Below are positions 36,312-45,964 of a stretch of 64,000 bases of DNA, piece by piece; positions within the stretch are counted from its first letter, which is position 1; every line of letters begins with the position of its first letter. The position numbers and the translations under genes are program-made. The stretch comes from a virus: the IMG/VR virus record IMGVR_UViG_3300026097_001055, positions 1 to 64,000 of that record, one strand, 5' to 3'. The notes below the pieces were generated by a model that did not search any database, was not told the origin of the DNA, and was given only the letters and a program-made list of their open reading frames with translations.

Positions 36312-37010
36312 ATGTTAAATCAAACTATCATATTAAAAGTAAAACAAAGGCTCAATAAATTAGATAGCCAAGACTATGATAACATAGAAACTTGGATGAT
36401 TCTTGAAGCTTTTAATAAAGCTCAAGTAGAATGGGCTAGAAGACAGCTTCATGGGATGAATACATTAAGAGAAGGTGATGAGCAAAGTACTAGAAGAAAA
36501 GATGACCTTCAAGTACTGCTCATTACTGAACCTATGGCTGTTACAGAACGTAAATTGTTTTATGAAGGTCCTATACCAGAAGACTATTTACAATGGAAAA
36601 GAGTAGATATAACTGCTGTTTCTGATTGTTGTACTTCTGATAATATGGTAGTTTATTTAGCTGAAGAAGGTAACGTAAGTGAACTACTTAGAGATAAATC
36701 TAAACAACCTAACTTTGATTGGAGAGAAACTTTTGCTACTTTAAAAGATGATAATATTTTAATTTATACAAATGGAGAATTTACTATTGATAATGCTTCT
36801 TTTACTTATTACAGACAACCCGAAAGGATTGAGATAACAGGTATTGTAAACCCTTATACTGGAATAGTCTCCCCTGCAGATATACTAGCAGAATTTAAAG
36901 ATGACATTATAGAATTAATAATAGATGAAACTGTAAGCATTTTAGGTGGCGATATTGAATCACCTAACCAAATGGGTAGAGGAATGCAAACTGCAGAAAG
37001 AAACAATTAA
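36312..37010 (+). CDS. Head-tail connector/ring protein (crAss gene-74-like)
   Basis: LNKLDS...FNKAQ...R.DDLQVL...YYRQP pattern; synteny. Confidence 0.65.
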   Translation: MLNQTIILKVKQRLNKLDSQDYDNIETWMILEAFNKAQVEWARRQLHGMNTLREGDEQSTRRKDDLQVLLITEPMAVTERKLFYEGPIPEDYLQWKRVDITAVSDCCTSDNMVVYLAEEGNVSELLRDKSKQPNFDWRETFATLKDDNILIYTNGEFTIDNASFTYYRQPERIEITGIVNPYTGIVSPADILAEFKDDIIELIIDETVSILGGDIESPNQMGRGMQTAERNN

Positions 37011-37014
37011 TACA

Positions 37015-37521
37015 ATGAGTACAAGAATGTTAAAACGTCCAAGTGCAAATGAACCTATTAAAAAATTAAGTAGGCCATCAGCACAAGCTCAGGAAAAACC
37101 TGTAATAAGTAAACCAGCTGATACATCAAATGTAACTAGTAATTTAGATACATCTATGAGTAATTGTATCACAGAATTAATGAATGCTAGAAACGTATTT
37201 CATAAGCTTCATTTAAAAATAATGGGTACTGGTTCTTATGCTGCTCATAAAGCACTTAATAAACTTTATGATAAAATTCCAGATTATGTAGATGTACTTA
37301 CAGAAGGTTATCAAGGAGTAACTGAAAAATTACTATCTTATAAAAACATATCTGAAAGAACTGTAGATGATGTAGCTGATGCATTAGATTACATTAGAGA
37401 ACTTTATGCAATGGTAAATAAATTACAAGGTATGATGCCTTATTCTGAAATAGTAAATAATCTTGATTTAGTAAAAGATTCTTTAAATTCAACTAAATAT
37501 AAACTATTATTTTTAAAATAG
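37015..37521 (+). CDS. Ferritin/Dps-like four-helix protein (DUF5856-like)
   Basis: FHKLHL..GSYAAHKALNKLYD...D.LTEGYQG...KYKL motifs; start re-set to ATG 37015. Confidence 0.7.
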   Translation: MSTRMLKRPSANEPIKKLSRPSAQAQEKPVISKPADTSNVTSNLDTSMSNCITELMNARNVFHKLHLKIMGTGSYAAHKALNKLYDKIPDYVDVLTEGYQGVTEKLLSYKNISERTVDDVADALDYIRELYAMVNKLQGMMPYSEIVNNLDLVKDSLNSTKYKLLFLK

Positions 37522-37586
37522 TTGTTTCTTTAAAATCTTTTACTTATATTATGTATATATATATGTTAAACTAAATAAATAAAAAA

Positions 37587-39272
37587 ATGGCTTATTTTAA
37601 TCATGCTTTTCGCAAGATGTTTTTAGCTACAGGAACACAACAATTAGGTGCACCTGTTGTTGATTTAGCGGGAAACACAATTACAGCAAACACTGCTGGA
37701 TCTTTGTTAGACACAAGTGGTCTTAACACAAATGTTTTAAATCAATTATCTCAAATTCAGAAATCTGGCGGTTCTCCTTTGACTTCTGGATATGTTGGTA
37801 TTTTTGATCCTAAAACTCATGAAAGTTATACAGATAATGATCTTACTGATTGTTGTCCTATTTACATTGCAGGTTCTGCAATACAAGCTAATGACAAAAT
37901 TGGTCCATTCCACGGAGGATATACTGAGACTAACAAGTCTAAGACAATCAATCCAAAGTATGTATCACGTTTGTATTCACAAGAGGCTTGTCCAGCAAGT
38001 TCTGATGTTGTAAATATAGGATCAACTCCTTATAATGCGGGAGGTGCTGTATTAACTGCAAGTGTATCAAATACAGGTTCAGGTTATACACCTGGTACTT
38101 ATAATGTTACAACAACTGGAGGAACAGGAGTAGGTGTAGTTTTTGAAATAGCAGTTGGTCCAGGTGGTGATGTAGTTTCTGTTAATTCTATAGCTGCTAC
38201 TGGTAATAGTTATACTGCTGGAGATATTTTAACTGTTGTAGGAGGTGATAATAATGCAGAAATAGAAATTCTTACAGTTAATCAAGCTGCAGGAGATGAT
38301 TCTTGTTGTGCTACTTTCTTATGTGATGAAACTTATTCATTACGTTTAGATATCAAAGGTTCACCTGCATTACGTTTTTTAAATCGTAATACATACCTTA
38401 CAGTTGATGCTTACACAGGATGTTGTGATGATGATGATATTGATCCAACTCCAGTAGATTCTACTTTAGTGTTTATAGAGTGGGCTAAACAAATTGTTAG
38501 TTCACCATTAATTTCTCCATTTGTTAAATTAGTAGTAATAGCTCAGGATGGTACAATATTATATGATCCAGCAACAAGTGCATCTGATTTAGCACAAACA
38601 GCTTCTGGAATGACTTGGGATGATTATGTATCTCCAGGATATATTGAAGATGCGTGTGGAGGTATAATTCTTGAAGGAGCTTATGTTGATACTAAATTTG
38701 GTGATTGTACTTTCCAATCAACTGATTTCTTTGAAAAAGAACCGGTATTGTTATATGCTTCTTTAATAGATTACAATGGTGATCCTTGTGAATTTGAAGG
38801 ATTGTGTGTAATTAAAGAATGTAATGCTAAACAAGCAGAAGGTTTTGGTGAGCAAGTAATGCGTGATTTAATCATGTCTGAGTCTTACCGTCAAAATTTC
38901 TTCCATAGTGATTTACGTATACGTGAAATTACTCAAGGTAACCAAATGTTATCTGATATAGATCGTAGTGCACAATATGACCGTTTGTATTTGTTACACA
39001 GTGTTCCACGTTTTAACAATCCATCATCTACATTTGATAATGATCAATACTTATTAGAGTTTGTAGCATTAGCTGGATCTGGTTCATTAACACCTTTACA
39101 AACTACATTAGGTACATGGTTAGAAGGCTGTGGTGTTTGTGAAATTGAGGCATTTGAATGCTCAGTTCCATGTGATGTTATTGTTGATATACCTCCTTTT
39201 GTAGAGAACTTAAGAGGAAAAGATCTTTCTGGTAGAATTTCTGCAGCTGCAGCTGGATCTGTTACACCATAA
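37587..39272 (+). CDS. Major structural protein (auxiliary capsid/decoration-like) with Gly/Thr-rich insert
   Basis: 561 aa with its own promoter-like leader and terminator; high-expression codons; GSGYTPG/NSYTAGD repeat insert. Confidence 0.65.
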   Translation: MAYFNHAFRKMFLATGTQQLGAPVVDLAGNTITANTAGSLLDTSGLNTNVLNQLSQIQKSGGSPLTSGYVGIFDPKTHESYTDNDLTDCCPIYIAGSAIQANDKIGPFHGGYTETNKSKTINPKYVSRLYSQEACPASSDVVNIGSTPYNAGGAVLTASVSNTGSGYTPGTYNVTTTGGTGVGVVFEIAVGPGGDVVSVNSIAATGNSYTAGDILTVVGGDNNAEIEILTVNQAAGDDSCCATFLCDETYSLRLDIKGSPALRFLNRNTYLTVDAYTGCCDDDDIDPTPVDSTLVFIEWAKQIVSSPLISPFVKLVVIAQDGTILYDPATSASDLAQTASGMTWDDYVSPGYIEDACGGIILEGAYVDTKFGDCTFQSTDFFEKEPVLLYASLIDYNGDPCEFEGLCVIKECNAKQAEGFGEQVMRDLIMSESYRQNFFHSDLRIREITQGNQMLSDIDRSAQYDRLYLLHSVPRFNNPSSTFDNDQYLLEFVALAGSGSLTPLQTTLGTWLEGCGVCEIEAFECSVPCDVIVDIPPFVENLRGKDLSGRISAAAAGSVTP

Positions 39273-39292
39273 TAAACTATTAACAACTTAAT

Positions 39293-39330
39293 AAAAGGAG
39301 AGCGAGAGGTTATTTCTCCTCTCCTTTTTT
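39293..39330 (+). terminator. Rho-independent terminator
   Basis: AAAAGGAGAG...CTCTCCTTTTTT. Confidence 0.75.
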
Positions 39331-39342
39331 ATTTTTTATTTT

Positions 39343-39882
39343 ATGACTCACAAGCTAAGTTTAGAAGTTCCAACAGTATTAAATACTTGCATATTAAAAT
39401 TATTTGATACTAGTGTATACAATGACTTGTTACCTGTAACATGTCCTACATTACATATTACACCTCCAGGTTTTAATTACTCTATTGAGTTAGATTTTAC
39501 ACCTGGTGGAAATGCTGTTATTACAGCTTGTGATATTGATTTACAAACGGTTGATTGTGGAGCAGTATTTGATTCTATTCCTGATGGAGTTTATATAATT
39601 AAATACAGTGTATCTCCAAATGAACAAGTATTTGTAGAATATAATCATTTAAGAACTACAATAGCTTTAAAAAGAATTTCTAAAATACTATGTGAATTAG
39701 ATTTAGCAGCATGTGAACCTAGTAATAAAGTATCTAAAAAGCTGGATCAACTTCATAAAATAAGAACTTATTTAGATGCAGCTAAAGCAAAAGTAGAATA
39801 TTGTCATGAGCCTCAAAAAGGTATGACCTTATACAACTATGCTATTAAACTTTTAAATAAGTTAGATTGCATTAATTGTTAA
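39343..39882 (+). CDS. Structural (tail/neck-associated) protein
   Basis: DTSVY, ITPPGF and IPDGVYIIKYSVSP motifs. Confidence 0.6.
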   Translation: MTHKLSLEVPTVLNTCILKLFDTSVYNDLLPVTCPTLHITPPGFNYSIELDFTPGGNAVITACDIDLQTVDCGAVFDSIPDGVYIIKYSVSPNEQVFVEYNHLRTTIALKRISKILCELDLAACEPSNKVSKKLDQLHKIRTYLDAAKAKVEYCHEPQKGMTLYNYAIKLLNKLDCINC

Positions 39883-39903
39883 AATCTAATAAAAACCAAA
39901 ATT

Positions 39904-40026
39904 ATGAATAAGTGCACAAACTGTGGAAAAGCATTAAATTGCGGATGTAAAAGAAGAAAAGCATCAGATGGTAAATCATGTTGTACAGCTTGTCTTAATA
40001 AGTATGAAAATAGTATTAAAAAATAA
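39904..40026 (+). CDS. Small Cys-rich, metallothionein-like protein (40 aa)
   Basis: Manual translation MNKCTNCGKALNCGCKRRKASDGKSCCTACLNKYENSIKK; AAAACCAAAA leader. Confidence 0.65.
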   Translation: MNKCTNCGKALNCGCKRRKASDGKSCCTACLNKYENSIKK

Positions 40027-40028
40027 TC

Positions 40029-41294
40029 ATGGCTGTTCATCAGATACTTACTCTTGTTAGTTGTTGCAATGATTTAACTCTTCAGTTTAATTATGAGCAA
40101 CCAGATTTATTTTATATTGATGAATCTACTTATTATTATAATGGTAAGTGTTTCACAGCTTATATAACTAATGAGTATCAATTTCCTATACCTATTCTAG
40201 GTCCTCAACCTACTCCTGGAGGATCTGCATTTGGTACTAATGATTATTTAGAAAATGTAGCTTATTTTCTTGAAGGCAGTGATTGTGATGATCCTTTATG
40301 TCCTGATTGTGATGAACCAGAAGCTAATTGTTATTATATAGAAAATTGTTTTGATCCTACTTTAAATTTTATTGCAATTATAAGCAATCCAGGAAGTATA
40401 CAATTAGGTTATAGTTATTCTTTTGATTTATCAAACGTAGATAATTTACCTGCTGACTATAATAATTGTTGGTTTATTGAATCAAGTGAAAATTGTAATG
40501 ATTTAACACCAACAATAGAAATTACAACAAGTTATGAATCTTGTGAAAGTTGTGCAGCTGTAGAAATACCTCCTTGTTTTAAGTTAATTGATTGTAATAC
40601 AGAAGAAGAACTAATATATTCTGGAGATTTATTAGAACAATATATTAACAAAGTTATTCAAGTTAACATAGATGGTATAATAAGATGCTTCACTGTAGAA
40701 ATTACAACATGTACAGAAGAATCATTAGAGTCACTATTTGAGAATATTGTTTTAGATTGTTTTACAGAATGTGAAAAATGTTTACCAGAATGTACATGTA
40801 CTAGAGCTAAAAATTTAGCAGGAGAACCTAGAAAACTAAGCTATATTGATTGTAATGGAGATCAAAAAGAAACAGATGAAGTTATAGGAGCTAACAAATT
40901 AAGTAAAAAATATTGTGTTCAGTACTGGACATCTCAAGATATAGAAGTAATAAATTTTGGTGATTGTGTAGATAACTCTTGTCCAGAAATACCTTTACCA
41001 AAAAGAGTTGTTACTCCAGGTTATAATACTCCTATATGTACACCAACACAATATGAAAGAATTGTCTGTAGATATGCAGAGATAAAGTATAAAGAAGTTC
41101 TTTCTAAAAGATATGGTATAGAAGATTGTTGTGATGATGAAAGTTTAGCTAATGATATAAAACATGAACTTATTCATTTACAAATGTTAGAAGATCCTGA
41201 ATATGTTTGCGTAAAAGACCCAAAAGCTTGTCCAACAAAATGCGGATATATAAGTATGAATATAGTACATGAGTGTTCTCCAGAAATAGAATAA
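40029..41294 (+). CDS. Cys-rich repeat structural protein
   Basis: Repeated C(Y/F)xLxxC...CxxC units. Confidence 0.7.
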   Translation: MAVHQILTLVSCCNDLTLQFNYEQPDLFYIDESTYYYNGKCFTAYITNEYQFPIPILGPQPTPGGSAFGTNDYLENVAYFLEGSDCDDPLCPDCDEPEANCYYIENCFDPTLNFIAIISNPGSIQLGYSYSFDLSNVDNLPADYNNCWFIESSENCNDLTPTIEITTSYESCESCAAVEIPPCFKLIDCNTEEELIYSGDLLEQYINKVIQVNIDGIIRCFTVEITTCTEESLESLFENIVLDCFTECEKCLPECTCTRAKNLAGEPRKLSYIDCNGDQKETDEVIGANKLSKKYCVQYWTSQDIEVINFGDCVDNSCPEIPLPKRVVTPGYNTPICTPTQYERIVCRYAEIKYKEVLSKRYGIEDCCDDESLANDIKHELIHLQMLEDPEYVCVKDPKACPTKCGYISMNIVHECSPEIE

Positions 41295-41362
41295 TAAATA
41301 ATTTATATGTATATATTAATACATATATAAGGTAATGTAATTTTAATTTAGTATATTATAAT

Positions 41363-41998
41363 ATGAAGCCTTTAAATTTAGATAAAAGTCCTTGTTCACC
41401 AGTATCTTCAAATTGTGTAATTTGGAATGGTTCTGATATTGAATGCATTGGTTTATGTAAAGGGGATACAGTTACTCAAGTTATATATAAACTTGCAGAA
41501 GAATTATGCAGCCTTATTGACATGTTTAATCTGTCTAATTATGATATTTCTTGTTTAGAATTACCATGCCCTCCTAATTCATTTGAAGAACTTATTAATG
41601 CGTTAATTCAAGCTATATGTGAAGGTGGTATTCAAGGAGAACAAGGAGAACAAGGGATAGAAGGAAAAGAAGGTCCACAAGGTTCACAAGGTATACAAGG
41701 TCCTCAAGGTAATCCTGGTCCTCAAGGTATTCAAGGTGCAACAGGACCTCAAGGAGTTCCTGGACCTGCAGGTGCTACAGGTGCTCAAGGCTTACAAGGT
41801 CCAATCGGACCTCAAGGAAATAATGGAACAAATGGTTTAGCAGGTAGAGGTGTTGCAGTATTTGTACAGAATACTACACCTGAACAAGAAGACTTTGATG
41901 CACAATATGCAGCAGTACCTGGATTTGGAGTCAACGGTATTCCTGGATCTAATACCTTTAAAGCTGGTGATTTATGGATTGAAAATTGTGAAGAATAA
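41363..41998 (+). CDS. Collagen-like fibre protein
   Basis: (G-x-y)n tract of about 70 aa; Cys-rich N-terminus SSNCVIWNG. Confidence 0.85.
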   Translation: MKPLNLDKSPCSPVSSNCVIWNGSDIECIGLCKGDTVTQVIYKLAEELCSLIDMFNLSNYDISCLELPCPPNSFEELINALIQAICEGGIQGEQGEQGIEGKEGPQGSQGIQGPQGNPGPQGIQGATGPQGVPGPAGATGAQGLQGPIGPQGNNGTNGLAGRGVAVFVQNTTPEQEDFDAQYAAVPGFGVNGIPGSNTFKAGDLWIENCEE

Positions 41999-42000
41999 TT

Positions 42001-42759
42001 ATGGCTAAATACCAAATATATAACGGTACCTCATGGGTAGATATTTGTGATTGCAATACAAAAGTATTAGATTCTAATTTGGTATGGAGAGAACTTAATC
42101 CTAGAAATTGTCCTATAAGATACTATGATGGTTCTAATTGGTGTTTAGTTGAATGTGCTGCTTTAAAGTGTGGAGATAGTGTAGAATCAATAGCAGGTAA
42201 TGGTGTCTATTATATTCCTTTTACTATACCTGTTGGTATTATCAGTATAACTTTAACAGTATCAGCTTTTGGTAATCCTGATGGTTTTTCTGTAATTACT
42301 ACAGATAAAACAACTAAATTATCTAGTACAGGTTTAGTAGGCACTGCTGGTTCTTCGGGTTGGAATACTGAAACAGGAGGTTTTCCTATATTAAGTAAAC
42401 CTGTATTCTTATATGATGGTGTTAATTTCATATCTCAAGGAGTTAATGAAACTATTACATTTTATGGAGAAGGTGTAGGGGATCCTGCAGGAAGTACACC
42501 TATGAGTAATACAAACGGTCTTACAATGTATAATCCTGGTGAAACTGGTTTAGCTCCAGGTACACCTGTACCTACAGGATTACCAGAACCTAGTTTATGT
42601 ACATCTATAGATCCCGCAGCACAAAACAAATGTTATGAATTAACTTACACAAGAGTTTCATCTGTAACAGAAGAAGATGTTTTAATACAAATAGTAACAG
42701 GCAACTTTATAAGTTCAGGATGGAATTTATTCAATGTTGAATGCATACAAGAACTATAA
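42001..42759 (+). CDS. Putative fibre/structural protein
   Basis: YNGTSW/YDGSNW repeats and a beta-rich C-terminus. Confidence 0.6.
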   Translation: MAKYQIYNGTSWVDICDCNTKVLDSNLVWRELNPRNCPIRYYDGSNWCLVECAALKCGDSVESIAGNGVYYIPFTIPVGIISITLTVSAFGNPDGFSVITTDKTTKLSSTGLVGTAGSSGWNTETGGFPILSKPVFLYDGVNFISQGVNETITFYGEGVGDPAGSTPMSNTNGLTMYNPGETGLAPGTPVPTGLPEPSLCTSIDPAAQNKCYELTYTRVSSVTEEDVLIQIVTGNFISSGWNLFNVECIQEL

Positions 42760-42768
42760 TATAAAGAA

Positions 42769-43644
42769 ATGGAAAATAAATGTACACATACAGAACCTAA
42801 TTGTGGTTGCGTTGATGGACCTATGACTACTCCACCAGCATGTCCACCTTTACCTTGTCCTAATCCTCAACCTTGTTCATCTTATACAGATGCACAATGT
42901 GTGATTTACACAGGCGATGATCTAATATGTGACCAGCAAATAGTAGTAGAAAATAATGCAAATTTAAATGATATAATTATTGAATTAGTTTCAAGAATTT
43001 GTGAAGCTGCTGGTAACATTCCTCAAACAGTTGTTGTTGGCGGAAATAATATTGATGTAAGTTCTAATACTGTTGGTTCAACAACAACTTATACAGTATC
43101 TCAACCAAGTAAAATATTTTTTTATGAAGAATTTATAAGCGATATTGATATAGTTGATAATGCTCCAGCTCCGGGTCCAGATAATTACTTTTTTCCAATA
43201 GGTTATGAAATATTAACTTTTCAAAACACTTACCTTGACCCTACTGTTTTTAAAATAAATGTTTCTTATAATACAGACCTTCCAGATATTATAGGTATAC
43301 CAGATAATGCTTTAAATAACTGGGTAGATGGTGCAATTGTAACAACTCTCGGAGGAGTAGATACTATTCAGTATGAAACTTTAAGTCTAACTAATATGGA
43401 AGTATATTTATGGGATACTGTAAATAATTCTGTAATATCAGGATCTACAGTAGATACAGTAAGAACTGAGCCTGGTGATCATGCTGTTGATGTTAGATTT
43501 ACTAATCAAAAAAAACCTATAAATACTTCTTTTTTTAAAGTAGTTACGTTACAACCAGGTGAATTTGTTTCTTTAAAATTTAAAAGTAAATCAGGTTCTA
43601 TAGGTAGATTATTAAAAGCCCAAATTTTAGTAGAAGAATTGTAA
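42769..43644 (+). CDS. Cys-rich fibre/structural protein
   Basis: N-terminal DAQCVIYTG related to SSNCVIWNG of ORF 41363. Confidence 0.6.
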   Translation: MENKCTHTEPNCGCVDGPMTTPPACPPLPCPNPQPCSSYTDAQCVIYTGDDLICDQQIVVENNANLNDIIIELVSRICEAAGNIPQTVVVGGNNIDVSSNTVGSTTTYTVSQPSKIFFYEEFISDIDIVDNAPAPGPDNYFFPIGYEILTFQNTYLDPTVFKINVSYNTDLPDIIGIPDNALNNWVDGAIVTTLGGVDTIQYETLSLTNMEVYLWDTVNNSVISGSTVDTVRTEPGDHAVDVRFTNQKKPINTSFFKVVTLQPGEFVSLKFKSKSGSIGRLLKAQILVEEL

Positions 43645-43683
43645 AAAATAGATCGTGGTTTTTTGGTTTTTACAACGATCAGA

Positions 43684-43720
43684 AACCCAAGACCCTCACT
43701 AAAGTGGGGGTTTTGTTTTT
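43684..43720 (+). terminator. Rho-independent terminator
   Basis: CCCTCACT-AA-AGTGGGGG hairpin followed by a T tract. Confidence 0.65.
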
Positions 43721-43774
43721 AAATTTGCATAACTTGCTAATATCATTTATATTTACTATATTAAATATATACAT

Positions 43775-44362
43775 ATGCGTCCAAAATTTAAAATACCAGA
43801 TCTTAATGCTCCTCGTTTTTATCAACGTTCACATAACATTATTACAAAAGAATTTATAGAAAATTTTGTAAAAAAATATCCAAAGTATAAGGGTATAACC
43901 AAAAGTGAAATAAAAAAAATAGTTAAAGTTTTTAATACAAATTCTTGGAAAGAGACTTTAGAACATAGAGATGGTATAAAGTTACCAGAAAGTGTGGGTT
44001 CTTTATTTATAGGAACATGTCCTCCACCTAAAGTTCAATACAATCCAGATTATAATTTATTGCATAAAAAAAATATAGTAGCTTCTAATAAAAATTGGGA
44101 AACTGATGGTAATATAGCTAAAATATTTTTTACTTCATATAGTGAAAAATATAAATATAGATTCAGAGAGCACTGGATGTTTCATCCAGTACGAGTGTTT
44201 AAAAGAACTGTTGCTAAAGAATATCCTAAAAATTGGACTATGTTTCATAAAGTAGATCCAAAGAAAAAGCTTTCTGATCAATTTTTAAAAGCAATTAATA
44301 AAGATAAATTTGAAAGAGCATCTAAGAAAAAATTAGAAAATTATAATGATTTAGAACTATGA
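43775..44362 (+). CDS. IHF/HU-like protein (crAss IHF-like)
   Basis: IKKIVKVFN...DGIKLPESVGSLFI...F.P.RVFKR.VAK pattern. Confidence 0.6.
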   Translation: MRPKFKIPDLNAPRFYQRSHNIITKEFIENFVKKYPKYKGITKSEIKKIVKVFNTNSWKETLEHRDGIKLPESVGSLFIGTCPPPKVQYNPDYNLLHKKNIVASNKNWETDGNIAKIFFTSYSEKYKYRFREHWMFHPVRVFKRTVAKEYPKNWTMFHKVDPKKKLSDQFLKAINKDKFERASKKKLENYNDLEL

Positions 44363-45030
44363 CTACAATAGGAGAAAGTATAACTAGAGTACGTAATATA
44401 ATTAAAGCTGTAAAAGAAGATGCTTTTGTTACAGACAGACAAATCTATTACAATATTATAAAGTATGGTAGTTCTTTACTTAAGAGAGAAGACAATCAAA
44501 ACAAACTTATGAGAATGAGTAGTCTTATGACTACTTTACCTTATGTAGAATTAATTGATACAGATAAGATTGATGCTGCTTGTTTTGGGGTTTATTCGGG
44601 ATGTTTTTTTAAAAGATCAAAGGAAAAGCTACCAGCTTTTTTTCAAGGCACTTATGGACCCTTAATTAGAACAGTAACATCTATTGATGGTTCACAAAAT
44701 CTTTATCAAACAGAACCTAGTATTTTTGTTAGACTTTCTAAATCTACTAATTTTAAGTATAATAAAAAACTATATTTTTGGTATCTTAATGAATATATTT
44801 ATGTTGCAAATGTAGATTGGGATGCAATTAAAGTAGAGGGATTATTTGAAGGTTCTGTTGCAGATTTTCTCTGTCCTGATGAAAAATCTTGTGATCCTAG
44901 ACAAGATCAATTATTACCTTTTCCAGAATATCTTTTTTCTGAGATAGAACAATATGTATTAAAAGAATTTACCACGACTTTACAGTTACCTACATCAGGT
45001 GCTGATGATAGTCAAAACCCGAATAGATAA
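44359..45030 (+). CDS. Tail ring/adaptor protein
   Basis: TDRQI, RSKEKLP, YLNEYIY and EGLFE pattern; crAss-like tail synteny. Confidence 0.6.
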   Translation: MTTIGESITRVRNIIKAVKEDAFVTDRQIYYNIIKYGSSLLKREDNQNKLMRMSSLMTTLPYVELIDTDKIDAACFGVYSGCFFKRSKEKLPAFFQGTYGPLIRTVTSIDGSQNLYQTEPSIFVRLSKSTNFKYNKKLYFWYLNEYIYVANVDWDAIKVEGLFEGSVADFLCPDEKSCDPRQDQLLPFPEYLFSEIEQYVLKEFTTTLQLPTSGADDSQNPNR

Positions 45031-45962
45031 TGGATTACAACTATACTCTTAAATACAGAACTTTTGATAATCTTCTTGATGATGTCATGGTTGATTATAA
45101 AAACTATACATTAGAAGATATGATTGAACCTGCTACACTTATTGCTGTAGTTAGGAAAATGAACTATGAGTTAGGTTTGAGAATTCAAAAAACTAATGAA
45201 GTAGTCCTTGAAGTAAGTCATGGTAAAGCAAAGTTACCCAGTAACTTCCATGTATTTAATCATGCATTATTGTGTCATGAAAGAACTGTTAATACAGGTT
45301 ATGATGTGGGTGGTACACATATACAAGAAGTACCCTATGTAGAAGTACCTCCTGTACTTGACACTTGCAATACGGGTTGTGATAATACTATTCCTACAGA
45401 ATATAATGCTGAATTGCCTTATGGTGAAACTTGTAATCCTCCAAGAGTATTTGTAAATTGTAAAGGTCAAAATTATGAGCTTATACAAGTTTTAAGTCCA
45501 TCTGAAACAATAGTATATAAACATCTTACTCCTTTAAAAATGAGACCTAATCCAGATATTGATTGTAACTGTCCTAATCTTTATTATAATAGCACTGACG
45601 AAGCTTGGATTAAACATGGCTTTTTGTATACTAATTTTACTACAGGTAATGTATATCTTAATTACCAAAGTCAAATGGAAGATGAAGAAGGAAATTTGTT
45701 AGTACCTGATCATGAGCTACTTAACGAATATTATGAATATGGTTTAAAAAGAAAGATATTAGAAACCATGTTTATGGAAGATGAAAATGTAGGTAATAAA
45801 TTACAGCTTATAGAACAAAGATATAGAGAAGCTAGAAACAAAGCAATGTCTTTAGTTAATACTCCTAACTTTGCAGAGCTTGAAGCAGTTTGGAAAATAA
45901 ACCGTAAGGCTATGTATGATAGATATTACAACATGTTTAAAAGTCATCATTCAATACATTAA
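45030..45962 (+). CDS. Tail tubular protein (P22 gp4-like)
   Basis: GFLYTNFTTGNVYLNY...DEEGNLLVPD motif; precedes the stabilisation protein. Confidence 0.7.
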   Translation: MDYNYTLKYRTFDNLLDDVMVDYKNYTLEDMIEPATLIAVVRKMNYELGLRIQKTNEVVLEVSHGKAKLPSNFHVFNHALLCHERTVNTGYDVGGTHIQEVPYVEVPPVLDTCNTGCDNTIPTEYNAELPYGETCNPPRVFVNCKGQNYELIQVLSPSETIVYKHLTPLKMRPNPDIDCNCPNLYYNSTDEAWIKHGFLYTNFTTGNVYLNYQSQMEDEEGNLLVPDHELLNEYYEYGLKRKILETMFMEDENVGNKLQLIEQRYREARNKAMSLVNTPNFAELEAVWKINRKAMYDRYYNMFKSHHSIH

Positions 45963-45964
45963 CA

